A stretch of DNA of 62,956 nucleotides, counting the filler. It is 4 parts of 4 records of this genome, joined end to end, with 100 filler letters (N's around TTAATTAATTAA, not from the genome) between each part and the next. Parts side by side here need not be neighbours in the genome. Positions count along the whole stretch, not along the records: positions 37,568 to 54,827 come from SRR31156797_3909; 3 more parts are not named here. One strand, written 5' to 3'. A program made the position numbers and the translations under genes. Below the pieces are notes generated by a model. The model did no database searches, had not been told where the DNA came from, and worked only from the letters and a program-made list of their open reading frames with translations. This document shows, piece after piece, positions 39,571 to 53,535 of this stretch (position 1 is the first letter of the stretch; each line of letters opens with the position of its first letter).

Positions 39571-40401
39571 TCAGATCCCTCTAACGCTTACAGGCACTTC
39601 CTTTTGTAGTATTAAAGTCAATCCATCCGTATTTTTAGCAACTACCACAACATTGAGCGTTTTATCTAATACATATCCCTTTGGTATATTTATCTCCAAT
39701 TGACCTTCCTTGCCATTTAGTTCTCCTGCCGGTTCCATATTTTTAGAGAAATAGCTTCCCTCAACTAACTCACCTAAATAATAAGAAATTTCTTCGTAAC
39801 GTTTGGCTTCTTCTCCCGCTAAGGAAAACTTTAAAATAAACTTATTGGCCTTTTTAATTTTGTCTACCTTTTCTACTTTCAGTTCCGGTTGATCCCGAAG
39901 TTTACCCAGATTTGTATATTCCTTTAATCCCATACCAGGCAGTCCTTGTTTATAAAAGTATTCTGCACTCAAATTCCCTGATCTATCATACCTTTTACAC
40001 ATACCATTTAACTTGCCATTTTTGTATTCCTGTACCTTCCAAACCTTTCCGTTTGTGTGATACATATAGCAGGTTCCTTCTCGCTTACCTTGTATATAAT
40101 TCATTCTGGAAGCTACCGTTCCATTTTTAAAATAACGCAAACTTTCTCCATGTCTGATGGTTTCTCCTTTGTCATTAATAATAAGCGATAACTTTCTTTT
40201 TACAGGCCGGGTTGGATCATTTTTATAATGAACATTCCTGACAAATGGCTTATTTTTCTCAATGCCAGTGGCTTTTTCTTTTATCTTTTCCTGAATAGAA
40301 CTGATGTCAAAAGGTTTCCAACCTGTTCTATCGCTTATTTCATAAACAACAACTGCTGATACTAATAATAGGAAAACAAAAACAGGAACTAACTTTTTCA
40401 T
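39571..40401 (-). CDS. MORN_2/YwqK-like repeat protein, N-terminally anchored
   Basis: Repeats YFKNG, YHTNGK, YKNGKLNG, YDRSGN. Confidence 0.7.
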   Translation of the reverse strand: MKKLVPVFVFLLLVSAVVVYEISDRTGWKPFDISSIQEKIKEKATGIEKNKPFVRNVHYKNDPTRPVKRKLSLIINDKGETIRHGESLRYFKNGTVASRMNYIQGKREGTCYMYHTNGKVWKVQEYKNGKLNGMCKRYDRSGNLSAEYFYKQGLPGMGLKEYTNLGKLRDQPELKVEKVDKIKKANKFILKFSLAGEEAKRYEEISYYLGELVEGSYFSKNMEPAGELNGKEGQLEINIPKGYVLDKTLNVVVVAKNTDGLTLILQKEVPVSVRGI

Positions 40402-40436
40402 TTTTTAGGGTTTAGGAAGGTTATTGATTTTAATAT

Positions 40437-41237
40437 TTACATGTTATAATAAGATCTTATCAGTTTTTCAAAACAACTTGATGGCAGTATTACTTTTACG
40501 GTAGGCATAATCAATTCTAAGAATGCTCCAACTCTGTATTTGGGCTTCAGCCGTTTCTTTTTGAGAATTGTACTAATCTTTTTAGCTACCCGAATCGGAT
40601 CGCCCGCATGTTCAACATTGGCAATGGTTTTTTCGTTAATCTCATCAAACTGTTGTTGATAAGGAGAACCCGCAACTACCTTTGGCTGCTTACGTTTGAC
40701 AGCTACCTCTGTTTTAAAATCGCCAGGCTGTAAAACACAGGCTTCAATACCAAATTGTTTAATCTCAAAACGCATGGATTCTGTCATGACATCTAAGGCT
40801 GCTTTACTGGCACAATACACTCCATTATAAGGCAAGCCTGTTTCCGAAGCCATTGAACTAATCATGATAATTCGACCTTTACCCTGCTTTCGCATGACAG
40901 GCAATACTGCTTTGTTAATACGTTGAATACCCAGTACATTTAATTGAAACACCGCCTCTATTTCCTCTGAAGTGAAAGTCTCCATTGGACCAATTGCTCC
41001 TTGCCCCGCACATTGAATCAGCACATCAATATGCTCAAAATGTTGAGACGCTTTCTGAATGGCCTGACTTACTGACTCCTGATCGGTAACATCCATTTTC
41101 AACCAGCTTAATCCTTCCGGATTCAACTCATCATCAGCACTTCGTCCACAGCCAATCACATGATGGTTTTGATTAACAAGATATTCAGCAACAGATTTTC
41201 CAATTCCGGAAGTGGCTCCGGTTATTATGATGTTCAT
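40437..41237 (-). CDS. SDR oxidoreductase
   Basis: TGATSGIG, YCASK, PGDFKT. Confidence 0.92.
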   Translation of the reverse strand: MNIIITGATSGIGKSVAEYLVNQNHHVIGCGRSADDELNPEGLSWLKMDVTDQESVSQAIQKASQHFEHIDVLIQCAGQGAIGPMETFTSEEIEAVFQLNVLGIQRINKAVLPVMRKQGKGRIIMISSMASETGLPYNGVYCASKAALDVMTESMRFEIKQFGIEACVLQPGDFKTEVAVKRKQPKVVAGSPYQQQFDEINEKTIANVEHAGDPIRVAKKISTILKKKRLKPKYRVGAFLELIMPTVKVILPSSCFEKLIRSYYNM

Positions 41238-41360
41238 TTGTTTTATATTTTGATAATAACACTCAAAACTAATTATCCTTAGGGAAAATCTTAATAAAAC
41301 AGAATAAAAAAAGCGAGACCTCGAAAGATCTCGCTCATAATCAACTAAAATATTTTAAAA

Positions 41361-42572
41361 CTATCTGATTTTCGATCCTTTTGCAGCAAAGAAAATTAGA
41401 TACAGATAGTAAATAAACATACATGAAACAGCTGCAATTACAGTTCCTGTTACAGTTTGAATTGCACCCATGATAGGCATTAAGATAGCCGCACCAATTA
41501 CAGATGTTGCAATAACACCTGATGCTACATCGGCGTGAGGACCTAGATCTTCAAGTGCCAAACTGTAAATTACAGGCCACATGATAGAATGGAATAAGCC
41601 AGTTCCTAAGAATAACCACATGCTAATATTTCCTGTCATTAAGAACGCAGCAATTAACATAGCAGCACCTCCGATTGAGCAAAGAGAAAGAATAGTAGAT
41701 GCCTTGTACTTTTTCAATACAAAGATTCCTAATAAACGACCTACCATTAAACCTCCCCAATAATACTTTAACATATCAGTAGTTGAAGTTTCAATGATTG
41801 CACCTTTAGCTTTTGAGAAATCAGCAAAGAAACTAGGAATACCAATCTCAATTCCCATATATACAAAGATGGCTAAAGAACCCAACCAAACGTGTGTGTA
41901 TTTAAAAGCACTTGATTTATGCTTAACAGCACTATCTGCTTCAGCAGCTTCCTGCTCATCCTTAATATTAGGTAATTTTAAGAAGAACATGATAAATAGA
42001 ATGACTGCAGTTGCAATACCAATACCCATAAATGGATTTTGAACTATCGCTTTAATCGCTGAATTTTCTAATACTTCTCCTTCTCCTAACTCAGGAGTTA
42101 CTAATAAAATAGATACGAAGATAGGAGCGATTACAGTTGCAACAGAGTTTAATGCATTGGTTAATGTTAAACGGCTTGCTGAACTTTCTTTAGGACCTAA
42201 AGCTACTACGTAAGGAGCAGCTGCTACCTGAAGAATTACTACACCAATGGCGAAGATAGATACGGCACTTAAAAAACCGTAATAACCAAATCCTACTCCA
42301 GGAATACAAGCAAAGAAACCTAAAGCAATTAAAGCCAATCCAGTAAAAATTGAAAAACGATAACCGATTTTGCTAATTAAAAATCCAACTGGAATGGAAA
42401 GTGCATATGCACCATAGAAAAAGGTGTTAGGCAACTGTTTTTGTACATCGTTTAAGCCAAAAGCACCTTTCAAGAACTCAATAGTTGAGTTGTTCATTGT
42501 TGTAATAAAGCCAAATAAAAAGAATAGCGAGGCCATTACAATCAGTGGAAATAAATACTTATTCTTACTCAT
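41361..42572 (-). CDS. MFS glucose/galactose transporter (GluP/FucP family)
   Basis: LFFLFGFIT, LQVAAAPYV, YWGGLMVGR, SIMWPVIYSL. Confidence 0.9.
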   Translation of the reverse strand: MSKNKYLFPLIVMASLFFLFGFITTMNNSTIEFLKGAFGLNDVQKQLPNTFFYGAYALSIPVGFLISKIGYRFSIFTGLALIALGFFACIPGVGFGYYGFLSAVSIFAIGVVILQVAAAPYVVALGPKESSASRLTLTNALNSVATVIAPIFVSILLVTPELGEGEVLENSAIKAIVQNPFMGIGIATAVILFIMFFLKLPNIKDEQEAAEADSAVKHKSSAFKYTHVWLGSLAIFVYMGIEIGIPSFFADFSKAKGAIIETSTTDMLKYYWGGLMVGRLLGIFVLKKYKASTILSLCSIGGAAMLIAAFLMTGNISMWLFLGTGLFHSIMWPVIYSLALEDLGPHADVASGVIATSVIGAAILMPIMGAIQTVTGTVIAAVSCMFIYYLYLIFFAAKGSKIR

Positions 42573-42602
42573 AAAAAAAATTTTAACTAAACTGTTTGAA
42601 AA

Positions 42603-43304
42603 TTAGTTGTTTATATTAATTGCGCGTTTAAATATTGGCATTGTATATGTTAATTCTTTATTCTCTTTAAACCTGTAATAAAAAGCTCCTTTTCTGGATT
42701 CAGACATATCCTTTTCATCCAGTTTTTCCAATACGCCCAAGGATAATACTTTCTTTCTGAAATTTCCGGGATCAAATCGGGTTTGAAAGATCTCATTATA
42801 GAGTTGCCTTAAATTAGTTATAGTAAATTTCTCAGGTAACAGATGCTTACCAAACAATTCATTATTGGCTTTCTTTCTTATTTTATCAAGGGCTCTTTCT
42901 ATTAACTCATTATGATCAAAAATTAATTCAGGCAATTGGTTTAATTCAAACCAGCTGGCTCCGTTTTTTTCTACAATTTCATTAATACGGCTATCAATTT
43001 TTATTAAAGCATAATATTCAACTGTTAGCACTTCTCCTCCCGGGTCTCTGTCTGGTTTCGAAAATGTATACACTTGTTCCTGAAATACATTATCTAAACC
43101 GGTTAAATCCAATAACACCCTTTGAGCAGCATCCTCCGATGCTTCATTTTTACGAACCCATCCTCCAAGCAACGACCATTTTCCTTTACAGGGTTCTATC
43201 CGTCTTTTAAAAAAAAGTAGCTTTAATTTATCTTCCTCATATCCAAAAATGGTACAATCCACAGAAAATAACCTTTTGTATTCTTCGTATTCGTTATACA
43301 ACAT
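42603..43304 (-). CDS. NrtR-family regulator (Nudix + wHTH)
   Basis: SVDCTIFG, WSLLGG, DRDP, LIFDH, LLPEKFT, NFRKK. Confidence 0.9.
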   Translation of the reverse strand: MLYNEYEEYKRLFSVDCTIFGYEEDKLKLLFFKRRIEPCKGKWSLLGGWVRKNEASEDAAQRVLLDLTGLDNVFQEQVYTFSKPDRDPGGEVLTVEYYALIKIDSRINEIVEKNGASWFELNQLPELIFDHNELIERALDKIRKKANNELFGKHLLPEKFTITNLRQLYNEIFQTRFDPGNFRKKVLSLGVLEKLDEKDMSESRKGAFYYRFKENKELTYTMPIFKRAININN

Positions 43305-43442
43305 TTAATAAATATGCTCAGAATTTAAATCTTTCTAACTTTGGCGATTAATCTAATTACTATAAAAATATCCACTCTAACCTATTGCTAAACAAGCTTT
43401 TTTACAACAATATCCCTTAATCTTACTTTTAAAAAACGGTTA

Positions 43443-43463
43443 TAAAAGTACTATATACTTTTA
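43443..43463. promoter_or_regulatory. NrtR-type operator
   Basis: TAAAAGT-ACTATAT-ACTTTTA, a 21-bp palindrome with GT-N7-AC core. Confidence 0.65.
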
Positions 43464-43786
43464 ATTATCCAAAAAAAAATAAACTTTTTGAAACATTTGT
43501 TAACAGAGTAAAACATTCGACTCATATAAGTCTCTGTTTATTGGTATAATAACAGTAATTTATAGTACTTCGAGAACAACAAATTGAAATATATTTTTGT
43601 CCTTCTACTTTTTTTTGGAGAAGCTTATGGAGAATTAAAATCATAAATGAGGAAAATAATTTTGTGCATAATGTACCTCTTGAATATTTAATAATCTTAA
43701 TTAATTATTATAATATTGCATTGCTTTGTCTCGTTTATATCTAACCAACACAAGGCAATAAATCTATTTTATATAAATCAAACATT

Positions 43787-44923
43787 ATGAAAACAAACTT
43801 TTATTTACTATCCTTTTTATTAGGTCTTTTCATTGTTTCATGTACACAGCCTGCTAAAAAAGCTTTTGAAACAATTGATGAACAAGCTTTTGCCGGAGAC
43901 CACGTTAAAGAAGGTGTTAAACTTTTTACTCTTACTAATGCGAATGGATTAACTGCTCAAATTACTTCTTACGGAGGTAGAGTTGTTTCATTATGGGTAC
44001 CAGATAAAAATGGTGAATTTGCAGATGTGAGTATAGGTTATAATTCAGTTGATGGTTATTTAAATAATAAAGAGCACTATTTTGGAGCTTTGATTGGAAG
44101 ATACGGTAACCGTATTGGTAATGCACAATTTGTAATAGAAGAAGATACTTTTAAACTTGTTGCTAATGATGGTGTAAATTCATTACATGGTGGTAAAATA
44201 GGATTACACGATCGTATTTGGGCTGGAACAAAAGTAGCTGATAATAAATTAGAGTTAACTTGTACATCTGAAGATGGAGAAGAAGGTTATCCTGGCAAAT
44301 TGGATATTAAAGTAGTTTACGAACTAACTGATAGCAACGAGTTGAAAATTGAATATTTAGCAACTACAGACAAGCCAACACATGTTAACTTAACCAATCA
44401 CACTTACTTTAATTTAGGTGGTGAAGCTACAGGTACTATCAACGATCATATTTTAATGATCAACGCCGATGCTTATACTCCAGTTGACGGTGGTTTGATT
44501 CCAACCGGAGAATTAGCTCCTGTTGCTGGAACCCCATTTGATTTTACGACTCCAACTGCAATTGGTGCAAGAGTTGAAGAAGATAACAAGCAATTAAAAA
44601 TAGGTAATGGATATGACCATAACTGGGTATTAAACCAGGCAGAAGAAGGTTTAACATTAGCTGCTACTTTAGTTGAGCCTGTATCTGGAAGAAAAATGGA
44701 AGTTTTAACTAGCGAACCTGGAATTCAGTTTTACGGAGGTAACTTCATGACTGGTGACTATACTGGAAAATTTGGAAAAGCATTAAACTTCAGAGAAGCA
44801 CTTTGTTTAGAAACACAACACTTCCCTGATACACCAAACAAACCAGAATTTCCTTCTACTTTGGTAAATCCTGGTGAAGAATATCACTCTGTTTGTATTT
44901 ATAAATTCTCTACAGAAAAATAA
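43787..44923 (+). CDS. galM: Aldose 1-epimerase (lipoprotein)
   Basis: GRYGNRI, LHGG, NLTNHTYFNL, YDHNW, CLETQHFPD; lipobox IVSC. Confidence 0.93.
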   Translation: MKTNFYLLSFLLGLFIVSCTQPAKKAFETIDEQAFAGDHVKEGVKLFTLTNANGLTAQITSYGGRVVSLWVPDKNGEFADVSIGYNSVDGYLNNKEHYFGALIGRYGNRIGNAQFVIEEDTFKLVANDGVNSLHGGKIGLHDRIWAGTKVADNKLELTCTSEDGEEGYPGKLDIKVVYELTDSNELKIEYLATTDKPTHVNLTNHTYFNLGGEATGTINDHILMINADAYTPVDGGLIPTGELAPVAGTPFDFTTPTAIGARVEEDNKQLKIGNGYDHNWVLNQAEEGLTLAATLVEPVSGRKMEVLTSEPGIQFYGGNFMTGDYTGKFGKALNFREALCLETQHFPDTPNKPEFPSTLVNPGEEYHSVCIYKFSTEK

Positions 44924-45237
44924 GAGTTTATAAACTAAAATATTCAAGCCCCTTATTAATTGTTTTGCAATTGGTAAGGGGCTTTTAACTTTATAATTCA
45001 GCGTCTTCTGCCCAGCCTTTCTATTCTTTACTTGAACATATGTGTAATTAAATGTGAATGTTTATTTTCGTCACTTACTGATTAAATAAAGTGCATTTAA
45101 TATCTATTTAAGTCATTCTTCTTCAATTATTTTTAATCCCGGGTCGATTTGTGTCAAGTAAAATTCGAATGTTTTACAATAAAATGCTCTATCCTATCGT
45201 ATTTTTATATTCAGAAAGAATAATTTATTAAAACTAA

Positions 45238-48375
<3,138 letters not shown>

Positions 48376-48396
48376 TCCTCTACAAGCAAAATACAT

Positions 48397-48433
48397 TACC
48401 CGGAGCATGTAATCGTGTTCCGGGTATTTTTTT
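48397..48433 (+). terminator. Intrinsic terminator
   Basis: TACCCGGAGCA...TGTTCCGGGTA followed by a T run. Confidence 0.75.
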
Positions 48434-48491
48434 ATATTAAATTCAAACAATGGATTCCATCTTAAAAGTCTAATTTTTAATAATAAACACA

Positions 48492-49325
48492 ATGAAAAAA
48501 TTTTCAACTTTCACCCTAGTCTCAACGTTACTGCTCTCCTTCCTTGTAAGTTGTCAAACCTCGACTAAAAACAAGCAAAATCAAGCTGTTGTGCATGTTG
48601 AGATGAATACTGATTTAGGAAAAATAAGCCTGGTCCTTTCCAATGAAACTCCTTTGCACCGTGATAATTTTATAAAATTGGCCAATCAAGGTTATTTTGA
48701 TGGTATGTTGTTTCACCGTATCATCGAAAACTTTGGTATTCAGTCAGGTGATCCTGAAAGTAAAAATGCAAAGTCTGGAGAAGCTTTAGGAAACGGCGGA
48801 CCAGGATATACTATTCCTGCCGAAATCAACACTAAATTATTTCACAAAAGAGGAGCTTTAAATGCTGCCAGAGATAACAATCCGGATAGAGCATCTGCCG
48901 GTTCTCAATTTTTTATTGTACAAGGAAGAGTTCAAACCGACAGCACTTTAAACAGGGCAGAAAAACGTATTAACGGTTGGCTGGCAGAGAATGCTTATAT
49001 CAATGCTCCTGAACAACAAGCTTTGAAAGATTCTTTAAATCTGGCTTTAAAAAATGATGATGAGCAATCCATTATAAAATGGTCTGATATGATCCAGATT
49101 AATGCTAAAGCTTACGAAGACTTCAAATCATATACAATCCCTCAGGAACATCGCGAAGTTTATAAAACAATGGGAGGAGCGCCTCATTTAGATCAAAACT
49201 ACACTGTTTTTGGAGAAGTAACAGAAGGAATGAATATTGTTGATTCCATTGCAGCAGCTCAAACGGATTCTTTAGATCGTCCTTTAAAGGATATCAAAAT
49301 TATATCAGTAAAAATAGTAGACTAA
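48492..49325 (+). CDS. Cyclophilin-type peptidyl-prolyl isomerase (lipoprotein)
   Basis: FHRIIENF, QSGDP, GSQFFI, PHLDQNYTVFGEV. Confidence 0.92.
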   Translation: MKKFSTFTLVSTLLLSFLVSCQTSTKNKQNQAVVHVEMNTDLGKISLVLSNETPLHRDNFIKLANQGYFDGMLFHRIIENFGIQSGDPESKNAKSGEALGNGGPGYTIPAEINTKLFHKRGALNAARDNNPDRASAGSQFFIVQGRVQTDSTLNRAEKRINGWLAENAYINAPEQQALKDSLNLALKNDDEQSIIKWSDMIQINAKAYEDFKSYTIPQEHREVYKTMGGAPHLDQNYTVFGEVTEGMNIVDSIAAAQTDSLDRPLKDIKIISVKIVD

Positions 49326-49391
49326 GAACAAAAAAAGAGGAAATCCAACTAAGGATTTCCTCATGCAACAATCAATTATGGAATATGATGA

Positions 49392-51740
49392 TTATTTACT
49401 CACTAAATCATTCCCCACAAAAATTTTATAATCTTTAATTCTACCCGCTGCATTATCATCCATTCTTGGAACATAGCTAAAACCACTTAAAGTAGCTTCT
49501 TCACCTAAATCAAGGATTAAACAATGTGGATAGTTTGGTTTTGAACTACTCCAGGCTGTATGCCAATGGTTGAATGTTTGTCCATCAATCGCATTTTCTG
49601 CAATTCCGTTTTCACCTACTGACTCCTCACTGCTTACATATGCAATCGTCCATTTTTGATGGCTAATTGCTTTTCCTTTTGCATCCAGAAGATCTAACTC
49701 TGCAATGGCTGCATAAGGTTGATCATCCTGAGAACTCATTGGTTGAATACAGAAATAACGCCCTTTGGTTCCTTTGGGTAATTTAACCGTTTGCGTTTCG
49801 CCACCTTGCTTAAATGAAGACGATAATACTGGTTTCTTACTGTCGATATGTACATTTACCTTTGGTCGTTTAGTACCTGAGAAATCCATTTCCGGACGAA
49901 GCTTATCCAATACAGGTGTTTCAACTCCTGAAACCACTGTACTTTCTGGTCCAACAACATCTAATACTAAAATTTCGTTTTCACCTTCTTTTAACCAAGG
50001 TGCAGGAATAAACATGGTTTGTGTAGGTCCGATATTCCAGTAGCGACCTAAACAATTTCCATTTACCCAAACAACACCTTTACCCCAGTTTGAAACATCT
50101 AGATAAGTATCTCCCAATTTAGACACATTGAAAGTTCCTTTCCAGATTCCTGGTTTTGTGTTTAACTCCTCAGTTTCTGTATATTTTAAATCAGATAACC
50201 ACTTATCATTGTAATCGATATTAAACACTTCCCATCCTGAGATCTCCAGTTTTTGATCTCCAGCGACAAATTCAACCGGAGAAATTAAACCTTTGCGGTC
50301 GTGCACTTCTTTACCAAAGTTGATTCTTCCCATGGCATGCACAAAGATTTCAATGGTAGCTTCTTTATCGCGTGCTGGAATGGTAAGCTGGTAATTTCTT
50401 TTACGACGATCCATAATACCTACTTCTTCGCCATTCATATAAACCCAGGCAAAATCATGAGCTTCAGCAACGCTTAACTTACAAGCATCCCCTGCAGGAA
50501 TGGTTGTTTTATATAGCATACTACCTCTTGACTGATCGTAGTACTCCATTGTTTCCGCATTTGGCGATTTTACACCTTCCGGAAGATTCTCAAATAAAGG
50601 AGCAAAACTACTTAACTTCACTTCAGGGAAATTAGTAACAGGCTTGGCAGCCGGAGGTTCCGGTAAAGCCTTTTCATTTGGCATTAAATATTTGGACACC
50701 AATTCTCTTGTTTCAAAGAACTTAGGTGTTACATTACCTGCCTCACTGATAGGAGCACCGTAATCGTAACTTGAACAATCTGGCTTAAACGGACGGTCAG
50801 CACCTCCCCAGAAACCAAATGATGTTCCTCCGTGAGCCATATAAATGGAGAACGAAGCACCTTCTTTTAACATGTATTCTAAATCACGTAAGTAAGCTTC
50901 GGTGTTTCCAAATGTATGTGGCGTTCCCCAGGTGTCAAACCATCCTGAATAAAACTCTCCACACATCAGTGGTCCTTCTGGTAAAATTTCTCTTAATTTT
51001 TTAAATCCTTCTGCAGGATTAGCACCAAAGTTAACTACAGGGAATAAATCATCGCGGTAACCTCTTTTTAAAGTATGTTGAGGATTACATGCAAATAATG
51101 GCACATCAAAACCTGCATCTAAAATAGCCTGACGCATAATGCCCATATATTCGGCATCATCAGCGTAAAAACCATACTCATTTTCAACCTGAACCATTAA
51201 AATAGGTCCTCCTTGCGTTACTTGCTGTGGCCCTAACACACGACCTACTTCTTTTAAATAACGCTGACAAGCTTCAACATAACGAGGGTCTCTGGAGCGC
51301 AATGCAATATCTTCATTTTTAAGCAACCACCATGGTAATCCACCCATTTCCCATTCTGCACAAGTGTACGGACCAGGACGAAGAATCACCCAAAGACCTT
51401 CTTCCTGAGCAATTTTACAAAACTCAGCTACATCAGCCTGTCCTTCCCAGGTAAAATCTCCCGGAGTACGTTCGTGGTAATTCCAGAATAAATAAGCACA
51501 AACGGTGTTCATACCTAATGCTTTGGTCATCTGTAAACGATGACGCCAATACTCTTTAGGAACGCGGGCAAAATGAAGTTCGCCGCATCGTATTTGAAAT
51601 GGCTGATCATCCAATAGAAAATCATCCGTTCCAATTTTAAATGTATGTTTTGGTATCGGCTGCTCACACGAATTTAATCCGAGTAACAAAACAGCCGAAA
51701 ACATAAATAATAAAACAATCTTTTGATTTAATTTCCGCAT
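49392..51740 (-). CDS. GH35 beta-galactosidase with C-terminal F5/8C (CBM32-like) domain
   Basis: GELHFAR, LRPGPYTCAEW, QVENEYG, GEFYSGWFD, SYDYGAPI; C-terminal NAIDG..WHT. Confidence 0.93.
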   Translation of the reverse strand: MRKLNQKIVLLFMFSAVLLLGLNSCEQPIPKHTFKIGTDDFLLDDQPFQIRCGELHFARVPKEYWRHRLQMTKALGMNTVCAYLFWNYHERTPGDFTWEGQADVAEFCKIAQEEGLWVILRPGPYTCAEWEMGGLPWWLLKNEDIALRSRDPRYVEACQRYLKEVGRVLGPQQVTQGGPILMVQVENEYGFYADDAEYMGIMRQAILDAGFDVPLFACNPQHTLKRGYRDDLFPVVNFGANPAEGFKKLREILPEGPLMCGEFYSGWFDTWGTPHTFGNTEAYLRDLEYMLKEGASFSIYMAHGGTSFGFWGGADRPFKPDCSSYDYGAPISEAGNVTPKFFETRELVSKYLMPNEKALPEPPAAKPVTNFPEVKLSSFAPLFENLPEGVKSPNAETMEYYDQSRGSMLYKTTIPAGDACKLSVAEAHDFAWVYMNGEEVGIMDRRKRNYQLTIPARDKEATIEIFVHAMGRINFGKEVHDRKGLISPVEFVAGDQKLEISGWEVFNIDYNDKWLSDLKYTETEELNTKPGIWKGTFNVSKLGDTYLDVSNWGKGVVWVNGNCLGRYWNIGPTQTMFIPAPWLKEGENEILVLDVVGPESTVVSGVETPVLDKLRPEMDFSGTKRPKVNVHIDSKKPVLSSSFKQGGETQTVKLPKGTKGRYFCIQPMSSQDDQPYAAIAELDLLDAKGKAISHQKWTIAYVSSEESVGENGIAENAIDGQTFNHWHTAWSSSKPNYPHCLILDLGEEATLSGFSYVPRMDDNAAGRIKDYKIFVGNDLVSK

Positions 51741-51777
51741 TTTGAAATAAATATTCGTAAATAACATTATATCCTTA

Positions 51778-51785
51778 CAAATTTA
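51778..51785 (-). promoter_or_regulatory. Bacteroidota -7 promoter element
   Basis: TAAATTTG matches TAnnTTTG upstream of GH35. Confidence 0.55.
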
Positions 51786-52073
51786 TCTAAATCATACTAA
51801 ACATTTTGGATTCGAATCAATCGATTCTATCCATAATCGATTCTCTACTATATATTGTTTAAAATTTAATATTTACATCATCACTTTTATAAGCATTTTT
51901 CCATCAACCAGAGTTCAAATGCACAATCTCTATATCCTGACTGACTAATTTGTTCTCATTCCGTTCTAAATGCAGATGAAAACATATCTGATATTATTCA
52001 ACAAACAAAAGGTTTAAACGCAAGAAAGGTGAACCTTGCAGCTCACCTTTCACTCTTAAAATTAATCTATTCT

Positions 52074-53372
52074 TTAGCCTAAAAATTTCTTGCGTAAAGC
52101 TTCTACCTGCTCATCATTGATTGGTACCATTTTTCCTAATGGAGCTCCCATCACCAATGATTTTGCACTAAATTCAGCTACCTCTAACCTATCAAAAGTT
52201 TGCAGTAACTTATCTCCTGTTACCAGGAATGAATCATTCGCAATGAGTACTGAAGGTACCGATTCACTTAATAATTTAGGAATAGTATCATCTCCCTGGA
52301 AGTGTGTTCCGAAAGGTAGAATAGGTACATCCTGAAGGAAAATCCAGCTTTCAGGTATGGTTCTTACATCAAACTTAACTCCAGTTGTACCAAAAGCCAT
52401 TAAATGTGGTGGCTGCGTAAGTATGATGGAATTAATATGAGGATTCATCTCATAAATTTTCTGATGTAAAGAAACAGAACGACTTGGTGTTTTTCCAGCT
52501 TCAGCTTTACCTCCTTTGATTTGTACAATATCCTCAGGCATAATGTCCCATCTGGCCACATCCGGAGGCGTAATCAAAAAGTCATTGTCTTTCCATCTTA
52601 CCGAAACAGTTCCGTAAGAACTAATCATCAAGCCCTGATCACAGGCACGACGAACGATATTACAGATCTTTTGACGAATAGAACGCTCCTCAGGAGGATA
52701 AGTCACCTCTTCGTTATGATCTATACCATAAGGAATTTGATCTTCAAACTCTTTGATTTGCGCATCCGTTAAATATACTGGTTCGCCAATAGCTTTTGCA
52801 TTAATGATGGTTCTGGCACAAAACTCTAGCGTTTCGAAACGCGTGTAAGCATCCATCATATCGGCACCGCCTAAAACTGTACCGTGGTTCTCCATGATAA
52901 CGGCCATATTTTCACTACCCTTGAATTGAGCTGCAATTTCCTGACCTAGTTCCTCACTTCCTGGCAATTCATATGGAGCATATCCAATGGCGCCACAAAT
53001 CTCTTTCGCCTGAGGAATAATATTGGTATTTGGAATATCTCTTACAATACTATAAGAAACCAATGCCGGTGGGTGCGCATGAATCACAGCTTTAATATCA
53101 GGACGAACCTCATATATCGCTTTGTGAAAAGGAAATTCTGAAGATGGTTTATGATGTCCTTTAATAGTACCATCTTTCTTCACACAAATGATGTCCTTTT
53201 CTGTTAATGTTCCTTTATCAATGGCAGATGGTGTTACCCAGATATCTCCATTCTCATCTAAAATAGAAATGTTACCCCCTGAAGTAGTGGTCATTCCATT
53301 TTTGTAAATTCGGCTAATTACCTTGGTAATTTGCTCTCTGGGATGCATTAACTTTACATCTAACTGTTTCAT
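52074..53372 (-). CDS. Class II aldolase/adducin protein with two tandem aldolase domains
   Basis: Domain 1 has SGGNIS, PSSE, HAHP, ENHG; domain 2 is degenerate (LTQP, ANDS). Confidence 0.85.
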   Translation of the reverse strand: MKQLDVKLMHPREQITKVISRIYKNGMTTTSGGNISILDENGDIWVTPSAIDKGTLTEKDIICVKKDGTIKGHHKPSSEFPFHKAIYEVRPDIKAVIHAHPPALVSYSIVRDIPNTNIIPQAKEICGAIGYAPYELPGSEELGQEIAAQFKGSENMAVIMENHGTVLGGADMMDAYTRFETLEFCARTIINAKAIGEPVYLTDAQIKEFEDQIPYGIDHNEEVTYPPEERSIRQKICNIVRRACDQGLMISSYGTVSVRWKDNDFLITPPDVARWDIMPEDIVQIKGGKAEAGKTPSRSVSLHQKIYEMNPHINSIILTQPPHLMAFGTTGVKFDVRTIPESWIFLQDVPILPFGTHFQGDDTIPKLLSESVPSVLIANDSFLVTGDKLLQTFDRLEVAEFSAKSLVMGAPLGKMVPINDEQVEALRKKFLG

Positions 53373-53535
53373 AAAAAAATTAAATTAAAAAACCGGTTTA
53401 ATAATTATATGTTATTTCAACTCTATTCTTTTTAATAAGAATTACACGCCCACACCAATTAATGCATTTATCTCCATCAATATTTTTTTCATGCTTCACT
53501 ATTCAATTACCAATAGCTTTATTTTACCCTTCTTC

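Noticed and set aside
39571-40401. YwqK toxin-antitoxin system
   Set aside because: Generic MORN_2 repeats, an N-terminal anchor and no adjacent toxin
53442-53492. 16-codon ORF MKKILMEINALIGVGV between the aldolases (minus strand)
   Set aside because: Too short and no supporting motif
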